64,000 bases of DNA from an uncultured Acidimicrobiales bacterium (GTDB lineage: Bacteria; Actinomycetota; Acidimicrobiia; Acidimicrobiales; Bin134), in contig OX638344.1 in assembly GCA_951813555.1 (NCBI GenBank), forward strand, positions 1,823,076 through 1,887,075. Reading direction: 5' to 3'. The translations under genes were made by a program, and so were the position numbers. The notes beneath the pieces are model-generated. The model worked only from the letters and a program-made list of their open reading frames with translations. It was not told the origin of the DNA and ran no database searches. Positions 42,651 through 51,012 of the stretch are shown here, in pieces (within the stretch, counting starts at the first letter, position 1; every line of letters starts with the position of its first letter).

Positions 42651-44150
42651 ATGAGAAGAATCCTCGCTCTCGTCTTTGTGATTGTGCTCGCACTCAGCGC
42701 CTGCACTACTTCCAAGGAAGAAGAGGCTGCACCAGAGAGTGCCCCGGCAACCGAAACCGCCGACGATAGAGGAGCCAGTACACCGGCCCCTGAGGATGCC
42801 GACGATGGCGCACCGGCCCCTGAGGATGCCGATAGCGGTGGACAGGCCTCCGACAACGGCCAGCAAGACCAGGAAGAGGCCGAGGGCGGGGAGCAGGCCC
42901 CAGACGGCGACGGAGCTGAGCCCGAAGTTGAGGAGCCAGCGCCCACCGGTCCGGGAACCCTGGGTCTATTCCCCGCGGTTGTCGACGAGCGGGCCCCTGG
43001 GGTTACCGACGATGCGGTGAAGATCGGAGTCATGTATCCCGACCTGACCAGCGTGAAGTCGATCATCGGCATCGACCACGGCGACTACGAAGCGGCTTAC
43101 CAGGTGGCATTCGATCAGGTGAACAACGCCGGCGGTATCCATGGTCGGCGCATCGTTCCCGTGTTTGCCCCAGTTGACCCGCTTCCCGCCGATGCTGGTA
43201 CGGCAGCCTGCACGCTGTTGACCGAGGACGAGGACGTGTTTCTTGCGGTGGGCAACTTCATCGGAGACGATGTGCTCTGCTTCGTCGAGACTCACGAGAC
43301 GCCTCTACTGGGTAGCAACATAACTACTGAAGCGTTTGCCCTGGCCAGAACTCTTTGGTTCTCTACCGAGGCAGGCGATGGATTCGCCCTCAACGGATAT
43401 CGAGCATTGGTGCAAGGCGGAAGACTCTCCGGAAGGGTCGGACTCGTCGGTTCCGTTGGCGGAGAAGAACTCTACGAGACCCAGATCAAACCCATTCTTG
43501 AGTCTGGCGGAGTCCAGGTTGTAGACGTTGCCTATCTCGACACTTCTCTTGCTGAGACCGATACCAATGCCCTGTATGCCTCGGCCGAGACCGTCGCCTT
43601 GAAGTTCGAGTCCCAGAACATAGACCAGCTCTTGTTTGCAGGAGGGTCGGAACCCGCCTTCCTCTTTGGATTGGCCCGCACTGGCTATCGACCCCAGCCG
43701 GTAATCACCAACTTCTCCAATGCCCAGGTATACATCAGTGGAGAGGGCAATGATCTTTCGGTTCTTGAGGGCGCGATCGCCTTCGGATCATTTGATGCAG
43801 AACCGGTTTGGCGGCAAATGGGAGATCCGACGAAGTCATGCATGGAAGAACAGGAGAGGGTCCTTGGAATCACCTTTCTCCCGGAGGAAGAGCGGGAAGA
43901 AGACGATCCCGAATACTACGCGAGCTCCACGACTGCGTGCCGGTATACCGCCTTTGCGGCCTCGATACTGGAAGCCGCCGGCCCGGAGCTGAACCGCGGC
44001 ACGTTTATCACCGCAGCCCACAATCTGGGCGAGATCATGCTTCCCGGTTTCCCTGATCCTTGGTACTTCGACAAAGACCACCCTGATGGGATTCGGCCAC
44101 TGCTCTACTTCCGGTGGGACGCAGAGAGCGAGTCGCTTGTAGCCGAATAG
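42651..44150 (+). CDS. ABC transporter substrate-binding lipoprotein (LIV/branched-chain-amino-acid type)
   Basis: Lipobox VLALSACTT, then an acidic low-complexity linker with a 30-nt tandem repeat (42781-42840), then a periplasmic-binding fold (VKIGVMYPDLTS...). First gene of the operon with LIV-type permease/ATPase genes. Confidence 0.7.
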   Translation: MRRILALVFVIVLALSACTTSKEEEAAPESAPATETADDRGASTPAPEDADDGAPAPEDADSGGQASDNGQQDQEEAEGGEQAPDGDGAEPEVEEPAPTGPGTLGLFPAVVDERAPGVTDDAVKIGVMYPDLTSVKSIIGIDHGDYEAAYQVAFDQVNNAGGIHGRRIVPVFAPVDPLPADAGTAACTLLTEDEDVFLAVGNFIGDDVLCFVETHETPLLGSNITTEAFALARTLWFSTEAGDGFALNGYRALVQGGRLSGRVGLVGSVGGEELYETQIKPILESGGVQVVDVAYLDTSLAETDTNALYASAETVALKFESQNIDQLLFAGGSEPAFLFGLARTGYRPQPVITNFSNAQVYISGEGNDLSVLEGAIAFGSFDAEPVWRQMGDPTKSCMEEQERVLGITFLPEEEREEDDPEYYASSTTACRYTAFAASILEAAGPELNRGTFITAAHNLGEIMLPGFPDPWYFDKDHPDGIRPLLYFRWDAESESLVAE

Positions 44151-44200
44151 TCGGGGATTCGGCGACAGGGCGAGGGCTGACCAGGGGAGTTGGTTGAAAT

Positions 44201-46393
44201 ATGAGCGACGAAGCCGAGGATCGACCGAGCGAACTCGCGGAAACGATCCTCGACCTCGAATCCCAACGCCAAGAAGTTGTCGAAGAGCGTGAGGCTTTGT
44301 CGCCCGACGAAGCTCCGGGTGCCGGAGAGGGGGATTTGACTCTAAAGCAAGCCGTGGTCACCGGCAGCGCTTCGACGTTTTTCATCTTGGCCGCAATCGG
44401 CTTGTTCACCAACGTCGAGCGGGCGTCACTGAGCACTCTGTCCCCCGACATCCGCGATTCGCTCGGCATCAGCGACGGCACGATGGTCTTCATCAGCTCC
44501 GCAGCAGGAGCGTTCCTGATTCTCGGTGCCCTTCCGATGGGGTGGTTGGCCGACCGTTTCCGCCGAGGTCGCATCATTGCCATCGCCAATCTCTTTTTCG
44601 GGGTAATGGTGGCGGTCACCGGAATGGCTGTGAACGCCGTCATGCTGTTTTTCACCCGATTGGGCGTCGGAGTTACCGAATCGAACTCCTTCACCGTGCA
44701 GACATCGCTGGTGGCCGATCAATATCCGATAAGTGCCAGGGGGCGTATTGGCAGCACACTTTCGCTGATCGGGTCGATGACCGGGGCACTCAGCCCGCTA
44801 ATCGCGGGAGGGCTGGCCGTGGCGATCGGCGGACCCTCGGCGTGGCGCTGGGTATTTCTTATTCTGGCTATACCCATCGTGTTGGTGTCCATGGCGACGT
44901 TTCGAATCCCCGAGCCGCCGCGAGGGCAGTTTGAGAAGAAAGACGTACTCGGGGAGATCATCGAAGACGAGGACCCCCTCCCCATCTCGGTTGAGGTGGC
45001 CTTCGCTCGTCTGCTTCAGATTCGAACCCTTCGTTGCGTGGTCACTGCCTTTGCGGCCCTCGGATTCGGACTGTTCACGGTTCCAGTTTTGGGCAACATC
45101 TTCATGGAAGACGAGTATGGGCTCGACGCCTTCGGACGAGGTGCGGTAGGCACGGTCAGCGGTGTTGCCGCGATGATCTCAATGCCATTTGTGGGCAGGT
45201 ACTACGACCGGCTGTATCGCCGGAATCCCGAATTCGCGTTCAGTCTTGTCGGGTGGCTCATTCTCCCGTCCGCGTTGCTCATTCCGGTTCAGTTCTTCAT
45301 GCCCGGCCCAGTTGGGTTTGCCATCCTGGGGATACTGCCATCAGTGATGACCATTGCCGGGTTCTCCATGGTGGGACCCCTGTTGATGGCGGTAGTCCCC
45401 TATCGATTACGGGGTATGGGCCAGGCGCTGGGGGCTCTGTATATCTTCTTTATCGGCGCCACAGGGGGGGCGTTGCTCTCGGGGTTCTTGTCCGACGCCT
45501 ACGGCACCCGCACGGCGATCATCGTCATCTATGTCCCGTCGACCATTGTCGGCGGCCTATTGATGTTGCGGGGAAGAGCGTCTATCCGCGAGGACTTGGC
45601 CCTCGTCGCGGCCGACCTGCGCGAAGAGCAGGACGACCACGCCCGCCGTTCGGCCAACCCCGACCAGATTCCCGCACTCCAACTCAGCCAGGTCGACTTC
45701 TCTTATGGGCAGGTTCAGGTCTTGTTCGGTGTGAGCTTCGAGGTTGAAAAGGGCGAGGTCTTGGCGCTGTTGGGCACCAACGGCGCGGGCAAGTCGACCG
45801 CGTTGCGGGTGGTTGCCGGGCTGGGAACGCCATCTCGCGGGGTGGTGCGCCACCACGGTCGCACCATCACTTATGTCACCCCCGAGTTGCGCACCCGCTT
45901 GGGCATTCACATGCTCCCCGGCGGCAGCGGCGTGTTCAACGATCTATCTGTTCGCGAGAACCTAGAGATTGCCGCATTCAACCTGCGCAAAGACAAGGCC
46001 GCCATGGAGGCTGCCATCGAACGCGCCCTCTCTCTGTTCCCGGACCTAGCCGAACGGCCCAACGATGCGGCGTCGTCGCTGTCGGGTGGTCAGCGCCAGT
46101 TGCTGGCCTTGGCCCAGGTGCTCACCACTGAGCCCGATGTGCTGATCATCGACGAACTCTCCCTCGGGCTGGCACCGGTCATGGTGGAGAAGCTTGTGGG
46201 GATCATCGAGGAACTCAAGTCGCAAGGCCTCACGATCATCATCGTCGAGCAGTCCCTTAATGTCGCCATGGCCATTGCCGACCGGGCGGTCTTCTTGGAG
46301 AAAGGCCACGTGCGCTTCGACGGCGACATGGCCGAGTTGGTGGAACGCGATGATCTGGCCCGAGCAGTATTCCTGGGTACGGAGGGCGGATGA
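44201..46393 (+). CDS. Fusion protein: N-terminal 12-TM MFS-type domain + C-terminal LivF-type ABC ATPase
   Basis: Single uninterrupted 730-aa ORF. MFS motif A is GWLADRFRRGRIIAI. The C-terminal ~250 aa carry DFSYGQVQVLFG, Walker A GTNGAGKST, signature LSGGQRQ and Walker B VLIIDE. Confidence 0.75.
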   Translation: MSDEAEDRPSELAETILDLESQRQEVVEEREALSPDEAPGAGEGDLTLKQAVVTGSASTFFILAAIGLFTNVERASLSTLSPDIRDSLGISDGTMVFISSAAGAFLILGALPMGWLADRFRRGRIIAIANLFFGVMVAVTGMAVNAVMLFFTRLGVGVTESNSFTVQTSLVADQYPISARGRIGSTLSLIGSMTGALSPLIAGGLAVAIGGPSAWRWVFLILAIPIVLVSMATFRIPEPPRGQFEKKDVLGEIIEDEDPLPISVEVAFARLLQIRTLRCVVTAFAALGFGLFTVPVLGNIFMEDEYGLDAFGRGAVGTVSGVAAMISMPFVGRYYDRLYRRNPEFAFSLVGWLILPSALLIPVQFFMPGPVGFAILGILPSVMTIAGFSMVGPLLMAVVPYRLRGMGQALGALYIFFIGATGGALLSGFLSDAYGTRTAIIVIYVPSTIVGGLLMLRGRASIREDLALVAADLREEQDDHARRSANPDQIPALQLSQVDFSYGQVQVLFGVSFEVEKGEVLALLGTNGAGKSTALRVVAGLGTPSRGVVRHHGRTITYVTPELRTRLGIHMLPGGSGVFNDLSVRENLEIAAFNLRKDKAAMEAAIERALSLFPDLAERPNDAASSLSGGQRQLLALAQVLTTEPDVLIIDELSLGLAPVMVEKLVGIIEELKSQGLTIIIVEQSLNVAMAIADRAVFLEKGHVRFDGDMAELVERDDLARAVFLGTEGG

Positions 46394-49212
46394 CTCTAGC
46401 CGTCTGGATCACCACTCAGATCGCATTCAACGGTCTAGTGCAGGGAATGGTCTATGGCCTCTTGGCCATGACCATCGTTCTGATCTACCGGTCGAGCAAG
46501 GTGATCAACTTCGCAGTGGGGGCCATGGGGCTAATCGGCTCGGGCCTGCTGGTGCTCCTCAATGTGCGGTTCGGCGTGCCCTATTGGGTCTCACTGGCCA
46601 TCGCGCTGGCCGCCGGCCTTTTCTATGGCGTCGTCATCGAATTGGCCGTAGTGCGGCGACTGTTCCAGGCGCCTCGGGTGATCTTGCTGGTGGCGACCAT
46701 CGGGATCAGCCAGCTCAGTCAGGCCATTTTGATCGCCTATCCCGAAATCAAGGGCCGGGCCCCATACCCGCTGCCGGTGGACGGTCTGTGGGAGATCGGT
46801 GATCTTCGGATCAAGAGCTCGCAACTGACGGTGGTCATCGTGACTCCTTTGATCGCCATTGCATTGGGCTGGTTCCTAAACCGGACGCTGATTGGAAGGG
46901 TGATCCGGGCGTCTGCCACCAATCCTGATCTGGCTCGCCTGCGTGGGGTGAACCCCAAGAAGGTCTCTACCGTGGTGTGGGGGATAGCCGGCGGCGTGGG
47001 CACGGTTTCGATGATGTTGGTCGGCGGGGTGGATGGATCGGCGGCAAATCTGAGCCACCTCGGTCCCACAACTTTGCTTCGTGCTCTAGTGGCGGCCCTC
47101 ATCGCCCGATTCACGTCTTTCCGGATGGCGCTGCTCATCGGTGTGGTAATCGGCTTGGCCGAGGGCATTGTGCGCTTCAACTTCTTGGACACGCCGGGGC
47201 TGATCGACGCCCTGTTGCTGCTCGCCGTCATCGCTGCGGTGGCTACGGTGGTGCGAGAGCGCGAATCCGGCATCTTTGTGTTCAACCCCAAAGTCGACGC
47301 CATGCCCGAGCGGCTTCAGGCCATCTGGTGGGTGCGCCACCTCAACCGCATCGCCATGTTGATCCCGTTGGGGTTGGCCATCGCCTTGCCGTTTGTGTTC
47401 ACCAGAGCTTCTCAGCATGTGCTGTACGCGTCCATCGCAGGGTTCACCATCTGTGCGCTGTCGTTGACCGTTCTCACCGGGTGGGCTGGTCAGCTTTCTC
47501 TAGGCCAGATGTCATTTGCGGGGGTCGGCGCTCTGCTGGCGGCGGCCTTTTCCCGGGGTATGACCATCGACTGGTCGATCGGCACCAGCCAGTTCATCTA
47601 CATCCGCTTCGAACCGTTCCCCTATGCGTGGTCGATTGTGGTGGCCATGCTCATCACCGCGGTCTTGGCCGCAGCCATAGGCTCCGGCGCGCTACGCATC
47701 AGCGGACTGCTGCTGGCCGTCAGCACGTTCGCCTTCGCCGTGGCCGCGGCCAGCTACCTCTATCGCCTGCAAATGTTGTCCGACGGCAATGGCACATTTG
47801 TCTTGTTCCGGCGGGGATCGATCTTCGGCCTCGATCTCGACAACAACCGCACCTTCTATTTCGTGGTCCTTGCGGCTTTGGCCCTTGTCTTGGCGGTGCT
47901 AGGCCGGCTGCGCCGCAGTTCAGTGGGCCGGGTGACGCTGGCGGTGCGCGACAACGATGTCTCCGCAGCCGCCTACACCATTCGCCCAACAGTGGTGAAG
48001 CTGCGCTCGTTCGCCTTATCGGGCGCCATTGCCGCATTGGGCGGAGCTCTCTTGGCCGGGGTCGCCCAGCGCATGTCATTCGGTGATGGCCGGTTCTTGG
48101 TGGAGGGTTCGTTGATGCTGGTGGCGATGATCGTCATTGGCGGGATGGGATCGTTGGGAGGAGCGGTCATCGGCGCCATCTGGGTGGTCGGCCTGCCGGC
48201 AATCGCCCCCGGCAACGAACTTGTTCCCCTGCTGACTTCCAGCATCGGTCTTCTGGTTCTGCTGCTGTACTTCCCCGGCGGTCTGGTCCACGTTCTGCAC
48301 CGGGTGCGCGGCGCTATCTACCGCCGGCTTGAGAGAAGGCTGCCTCCGGTTCAAAAGGCCGCGGTCGATGCGCCAGCTTCGGCCAAGATCGAACGGGAAA
48401 GCACTGAAGAGCACCCGGTGCCGCTGCGGACCCACGACGTCGAGGTGTCCTTCGGGGGGCTCAAAGCCAACGATGGCATCTCCATCGAAGTGCGGGCCAA
48501 CGAGGTGGTCGGGCTAATCGGGACCAACGGCGCGGGCAAGACCACATTGATGAACGCCATCGGGGGGTTTGTGGCGTCCTCGGGTCAAGTGGAGCTGTTG
48601 GGAGAGGAAGTATCCCGGAAGGCTCCGGCTCAACGGGCCCGCTTGGGACTGGGCCGATCGTTCCAAGCCGCCGCCCTGTTTCCTGAACTCACCGTCCGCG
48701 AGTCGGTGCTGGTCGCTCTGGAAGCTCGTGGGCGCACCGGAATGATCGAGACAATGGTGTTCTCGCCTCGCACCGCAGCCCGGGCCCGGGTCCGGCGCAG
48801 CGAGTCTGCTGAGCTAGTGGATTTTCTCGGACTGGGCCGCTACGCCGACAAGCCGATCTCTGACCTGTCCACCGGCACCCGGCGCATTGTCGAGTTGGCC
48901 GGGCTCTTGGCATTGGGGGCCCGGGTGTTGTGCCTCGACGAACCCACTGCCGGGATCGCCCAGCGGGAAGCCGAAGCCATGGCACCGCTGTTGTTGGAGA
49001 TCCGCAAGGAGCTTCAGGCATCCATGCTCATCATCGAACACGACATGCCCCTCATCATGGGCATGAGCGACCGTGTCTATTGTCTTGAGCTTGGCAAAGT
49101 GATCGCCGAGGGCGACCCTGGCTCGGTTCGCAATGATCCCAAGGTGATCGCCAGCTATCTGGGCATGGATGAGCGGGCCATCCAGCGCAGCGGCAAAGCC
49201 AGCCACCAATGA
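46390..49212 (+). CDS. Fusion protein: LivH-type permease + LivM-type permease + LivG-type ABC ATPase
   Basis: 940-aa ORF with an ATGA overlap to the upstream gene. LivH-like N-terminus (GLVQGMVYGLLAMTIVLIY...NFAVGAM), LivM-like middle (LTGWAGQLSLGQMSFAGVGA) and LivG-like end (VSFGGLKANDG, GTNGAGKTT, LSTGTRR, VLCLDEP). Confidence 0.8.
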   Translation: MTLAVWITTQIAFNGLVQGMVYGLLAMTIVLIYRSSKVINFAVGAMGLIGSGLLVLLNVRFGVPYWVSLAIALAAGLFYGVVIELAVVRRLFQAPRVILLVATIGISQLSQAILIAYPEIKGRAPYPLPVDGLWEIGDLRIKSSQLTVVIVTPLIAIALGWFLNRTLIGRVIRASATNPDLARLRGVNPKKVSTVVWGIAGGVGTVSMMLVGGVDGSAANLSHLGPTTLLRALVAALIARFTSFRMALLIGVVIGLAEGIVRFNFLDTPGLIDALLLLAVIAAVATVVRERESGIFVFNPKVDAMPERLQAIWWVRHLNRIAMLIPLGLAIALPFVFTRASQHVLYASIAGFTICALSLTVLTGWAGQLSLGQMSFAGVGALLAAAFSRGMTIDWSIGTSQFIYIRFEPFPYAWSIVVAMLITAVLAAAIGSGALRISGLLLAVSTFAFAVAAASYLYRLQMLSDGNGTFVLFRRGSIFGLDLDNNRTFYFVVLAALALVLAVLGRLRRSSVGRVTLAVRDNDVSAAAYTIRPTVVKLRSFALSGAIAALGGALLAGVAQRMSFGDGRFLVEGSLMLVAMIVIGGMGSLGGAVIGAIWVVGLPAIAPGNELVPLLTSSIGLLVLLLYFPGGLVHVLHRVRGAIYRRLERRLPPVQKAAVDAPASAKIERESTEEHPVPLRTHDVEVSFGGLKANDGISIEVRANEVVGLIGTNGAGKTTLMNAIGGFVASSGQVELLGEEVSRKAPAQRARLGLGRSFQAAALFPELTVRESVLVALEARGRTGMIETMVFSPRTAARARVRRSESAELVDFLGLGRYADKPISDLSTGTRRIVELAGLLALGARVLCLDEPTAGIAQREAEAMAPLLLEIRKELQASMLIIEHDMPLIMGMSDRVYCLELGKVIAEGDPGSVRNDPKVIASYLGMDERAIQRSGKASHQ

Positions 49213-49249
49213 GGTGCTCCCGGTGCAGCGTCCCGGTGAGGTGCGAGGA

Positions 49250-50260
49250 TCAGCCTTTGGTGTACAAGTCGTCAAGAGTCAGGGCGTTTACCATTGATTC
49301 ACCCCGGCGATAGCGACCGGCGTTCTCGATAATGATGTCGATTGACCGCTGAGTGCGCTCGGGCAACTTCGGGGTCATGTGCGGGGTGATGACGACATTG
49401 GGGAGGTTCCAAAGAGGAGACTCGGCCGGGAGTGGCTCCGGATCGGTGACGTCCAGGCCAGCCCCGGCAATCTGTCCTTCGTCGAGCGCTCGTGCCAGCG
49501 CCTCATGATCGACGACCGCACCGCGGGCCAAATTGACCAGGTAGGCGGAGCCCTTCATGCGCTCGAATTGCTCTTCTCCGAACAGGTGGTGGGTGGCGTC
49601 GTTGAGGGTGACGGCGAACATGATCACGTCGGACTTCTCTAGCAATGGGTTGAGCGATTCGCCCTCTTCTAAAGACAGCATCCAATCCACTGTCGGCGGG
49701 AGCGGGCCGGAGCGGCGCCGGTAGGCAATCACCCGCATCCCGAACGCTTTCCCCAATGCCGCCATCTCGTGGCCAGTGTGTCCGAACCCGACGATTCCGA
49801 GCGTTTTGCCATGGAGGGCGAGCCGCTGTTCGTAGCCCGGAATGCCACCCCATTGGCGAGCTGCCTGCCGCTCGAAGAGGTGGCGTGCGTCAAAGGTCAA
49901 AGCGAGTGCGAGGTAGAACCCATGCTGGGCCAGCGCGGGGGCCGACCGGCCAGCTGAACCGGTGACGATCAGACCTCGCTCGAAGATCGCGTGGCGGGCG
50001 GAGCGGTCAAGGCCGGCTTTGTCGCAGTGAACCCACCTCAGATTGGGGGCACTCAAGTGGCGGTCGTCGATGTCGGACGTGAGCAGCGCAACGTCGGCTC
50101 GGTTGAGCGCCGCGGCGATTGCGTCGTCGTCGAACGGGAACGCTTCGATGAATTCGGCAGGCGCGAAGGCCCGTCGAAGCTGACCAATCTCGTTGGGCAA
50201 GTACGGCAGAGCGGATAGGACCACGTAGATTTCGCGAGGTCCGGGGTTTGTGACGTTCAT
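49250..50260 (-). CDS. D-isomer-specific 2-hydroxyacid dehydrogenase family protein
   Basis: GIVGFGHTGHEMA Rossmann motif, ...NLARGAVVD..., and TPHMT. ATG 50260 with gggag upstream is preferred, because the track start at 50356 would overlap tetR. Confidence 0.8.
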   Translation of the reverse strand: MNVTNPGPREIYVVLSALPYLPNEIGQLRRAFAPAEFIEAFPFDDDAIAAALNRADVALLTSDIDDRHLSAPNLRWVHCDKAGLDRSARHAIFERGLIVTGSAGRSAPALAQHGFYLALALTFDARHLFERQAARQWGGIPGYEQRLALHGKTLGIVGFGHTGHEMAALGKAFGMRVIAYRRRSGPLPPTVDWMLSLEEGESLNPLLEKSDVIMFAVTLNDATHHLFGEEQFERMKGSAYLVNLARGAVVDHEALARALDEGQIAGAGLDVTDPEPLPAESPLWNLPNVVITPHMTPKLPERTQRSIDIIIENAGRYRRGESMVNALTLDDLYTKG

Positions 50261-50285
50261 CGCATCTCCCGGTACATGTTCGCCG

Positions 50286-50915
50286 TCAATGAGCTCGGAC
50301 GCCATCGATGAAGAGATCGACGGCGGCTTCTTGGTAGTGGTGCTGGGCTTGTTCACTGCGGCCCATTCCGAATGCGGCTAGCCGGGCGGGATGCGAGGCG
50401 ACTACGGCCAGAAACTGCTCTGCCGCCGTGTTCAGGTCGGCCACTTCCACCGCACCGAGTTCCTGGTTTCGACTCAGCAGCTTGATGACCTGCTCCATGA
50501 AGGGGTAGCGGTCGAATTGGTCTGCCTTCGGGGCCAGGTCTGGAAATCTGGAGACCTCGGACATCAGGAGCACGCCGAGGCGGCTGGTCTCAGGGTCGGT
50601 AGCGCGTTCGTACGCGGCCTGGGCGATCAAGAGCAGGGCCTCGCGCAAGTCCGTGTCGGGGTCGATCTCGAGCCCGACGTTTGGTTGTTCCGTCAGTGCC
50701 CAACGCACCACCGTCCGAAACAGAGTCTCCTTGTCGGAGTAGCGGGCGTAGACCGTTGCGCGCGTCACTCCGGCCGCTTGAGCGACGGCGGCCATCGTTG
50801 TTCCGTTGAACCCATGGTCGAGGAACGAACTGATTGCTGCCCTTCGGACATGCTCGTCCACCACAGCTGATTCCTCGCGTGTGGGGCGTCTGCGGGGGCG
50901 GGTGCTTAGCGCCAC
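50286..50915 (-). CDS. TetR/AcrR family transcriptional regulator
   Basis: HTH is AAISSFLDHGFNGTTMAAVAQAAGVTRATVYARY. GTG 50915 is preceded by ggggagga (6-nt spacing). The track start at 50972 lies inside the operator palindrome. Confidence 0.85.
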   Translation of the reverse strand: MALSTRPRRRPTREESAVVDEHVRRAAISSFLDHGFNGTTMAAVAQAAGVTRATVYARYSDKETLFRTVVRWALTEQPNVGLEIDPDTDLREALLLIAQAAYERATDPETSRLGVLLMSEVSRFPDLAPKADQFDRYPFMEQVIKLLSRNQELGAVEVADLNTAAEQFLAVVASHPARLAAFGMGRSEQAQHHYQEAAVDLFIDGVRAH

Positions 50916-50955
50916 AGCCGTCCTCCCCAAAGTTGTCGCTTTCTTGCTCGTCTTC

Positions 50956-50991
50956 CGCCCATTACTATACACCTATGTATAGTAATGGGCG
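50956..50991. promoter_or_regulatory. Perfect inverted repeat (16-bp arms, 4-bp spacer): candidate TetR operator overlapping divergent -10 boxes
   Basis: ccgcccattactataca (ccta) tgtatagtaatgggcg, with arms 50956-50971 and 50976-50991 complementary at all 16 positions. TATAGT reads on the plus strand at 50978-50983 and on the minus strand at 50969-50964. Confidence 0.75.
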
Positions 50992-51012
50992 CGGCCGTAC
51001 GAGGAGACCGCA

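Noticed and set aside
42781-42840. 30-nt tandem repeat (caccggcccctgaggatgccga twice) as a standalone element
   Set aside because: It lies in frame inside the acidic low-complexity linker of the SBP lipoprotein (TPAPEDADDGAPAPEDADSG). It is most simply a linker-length duplication with no separate function.
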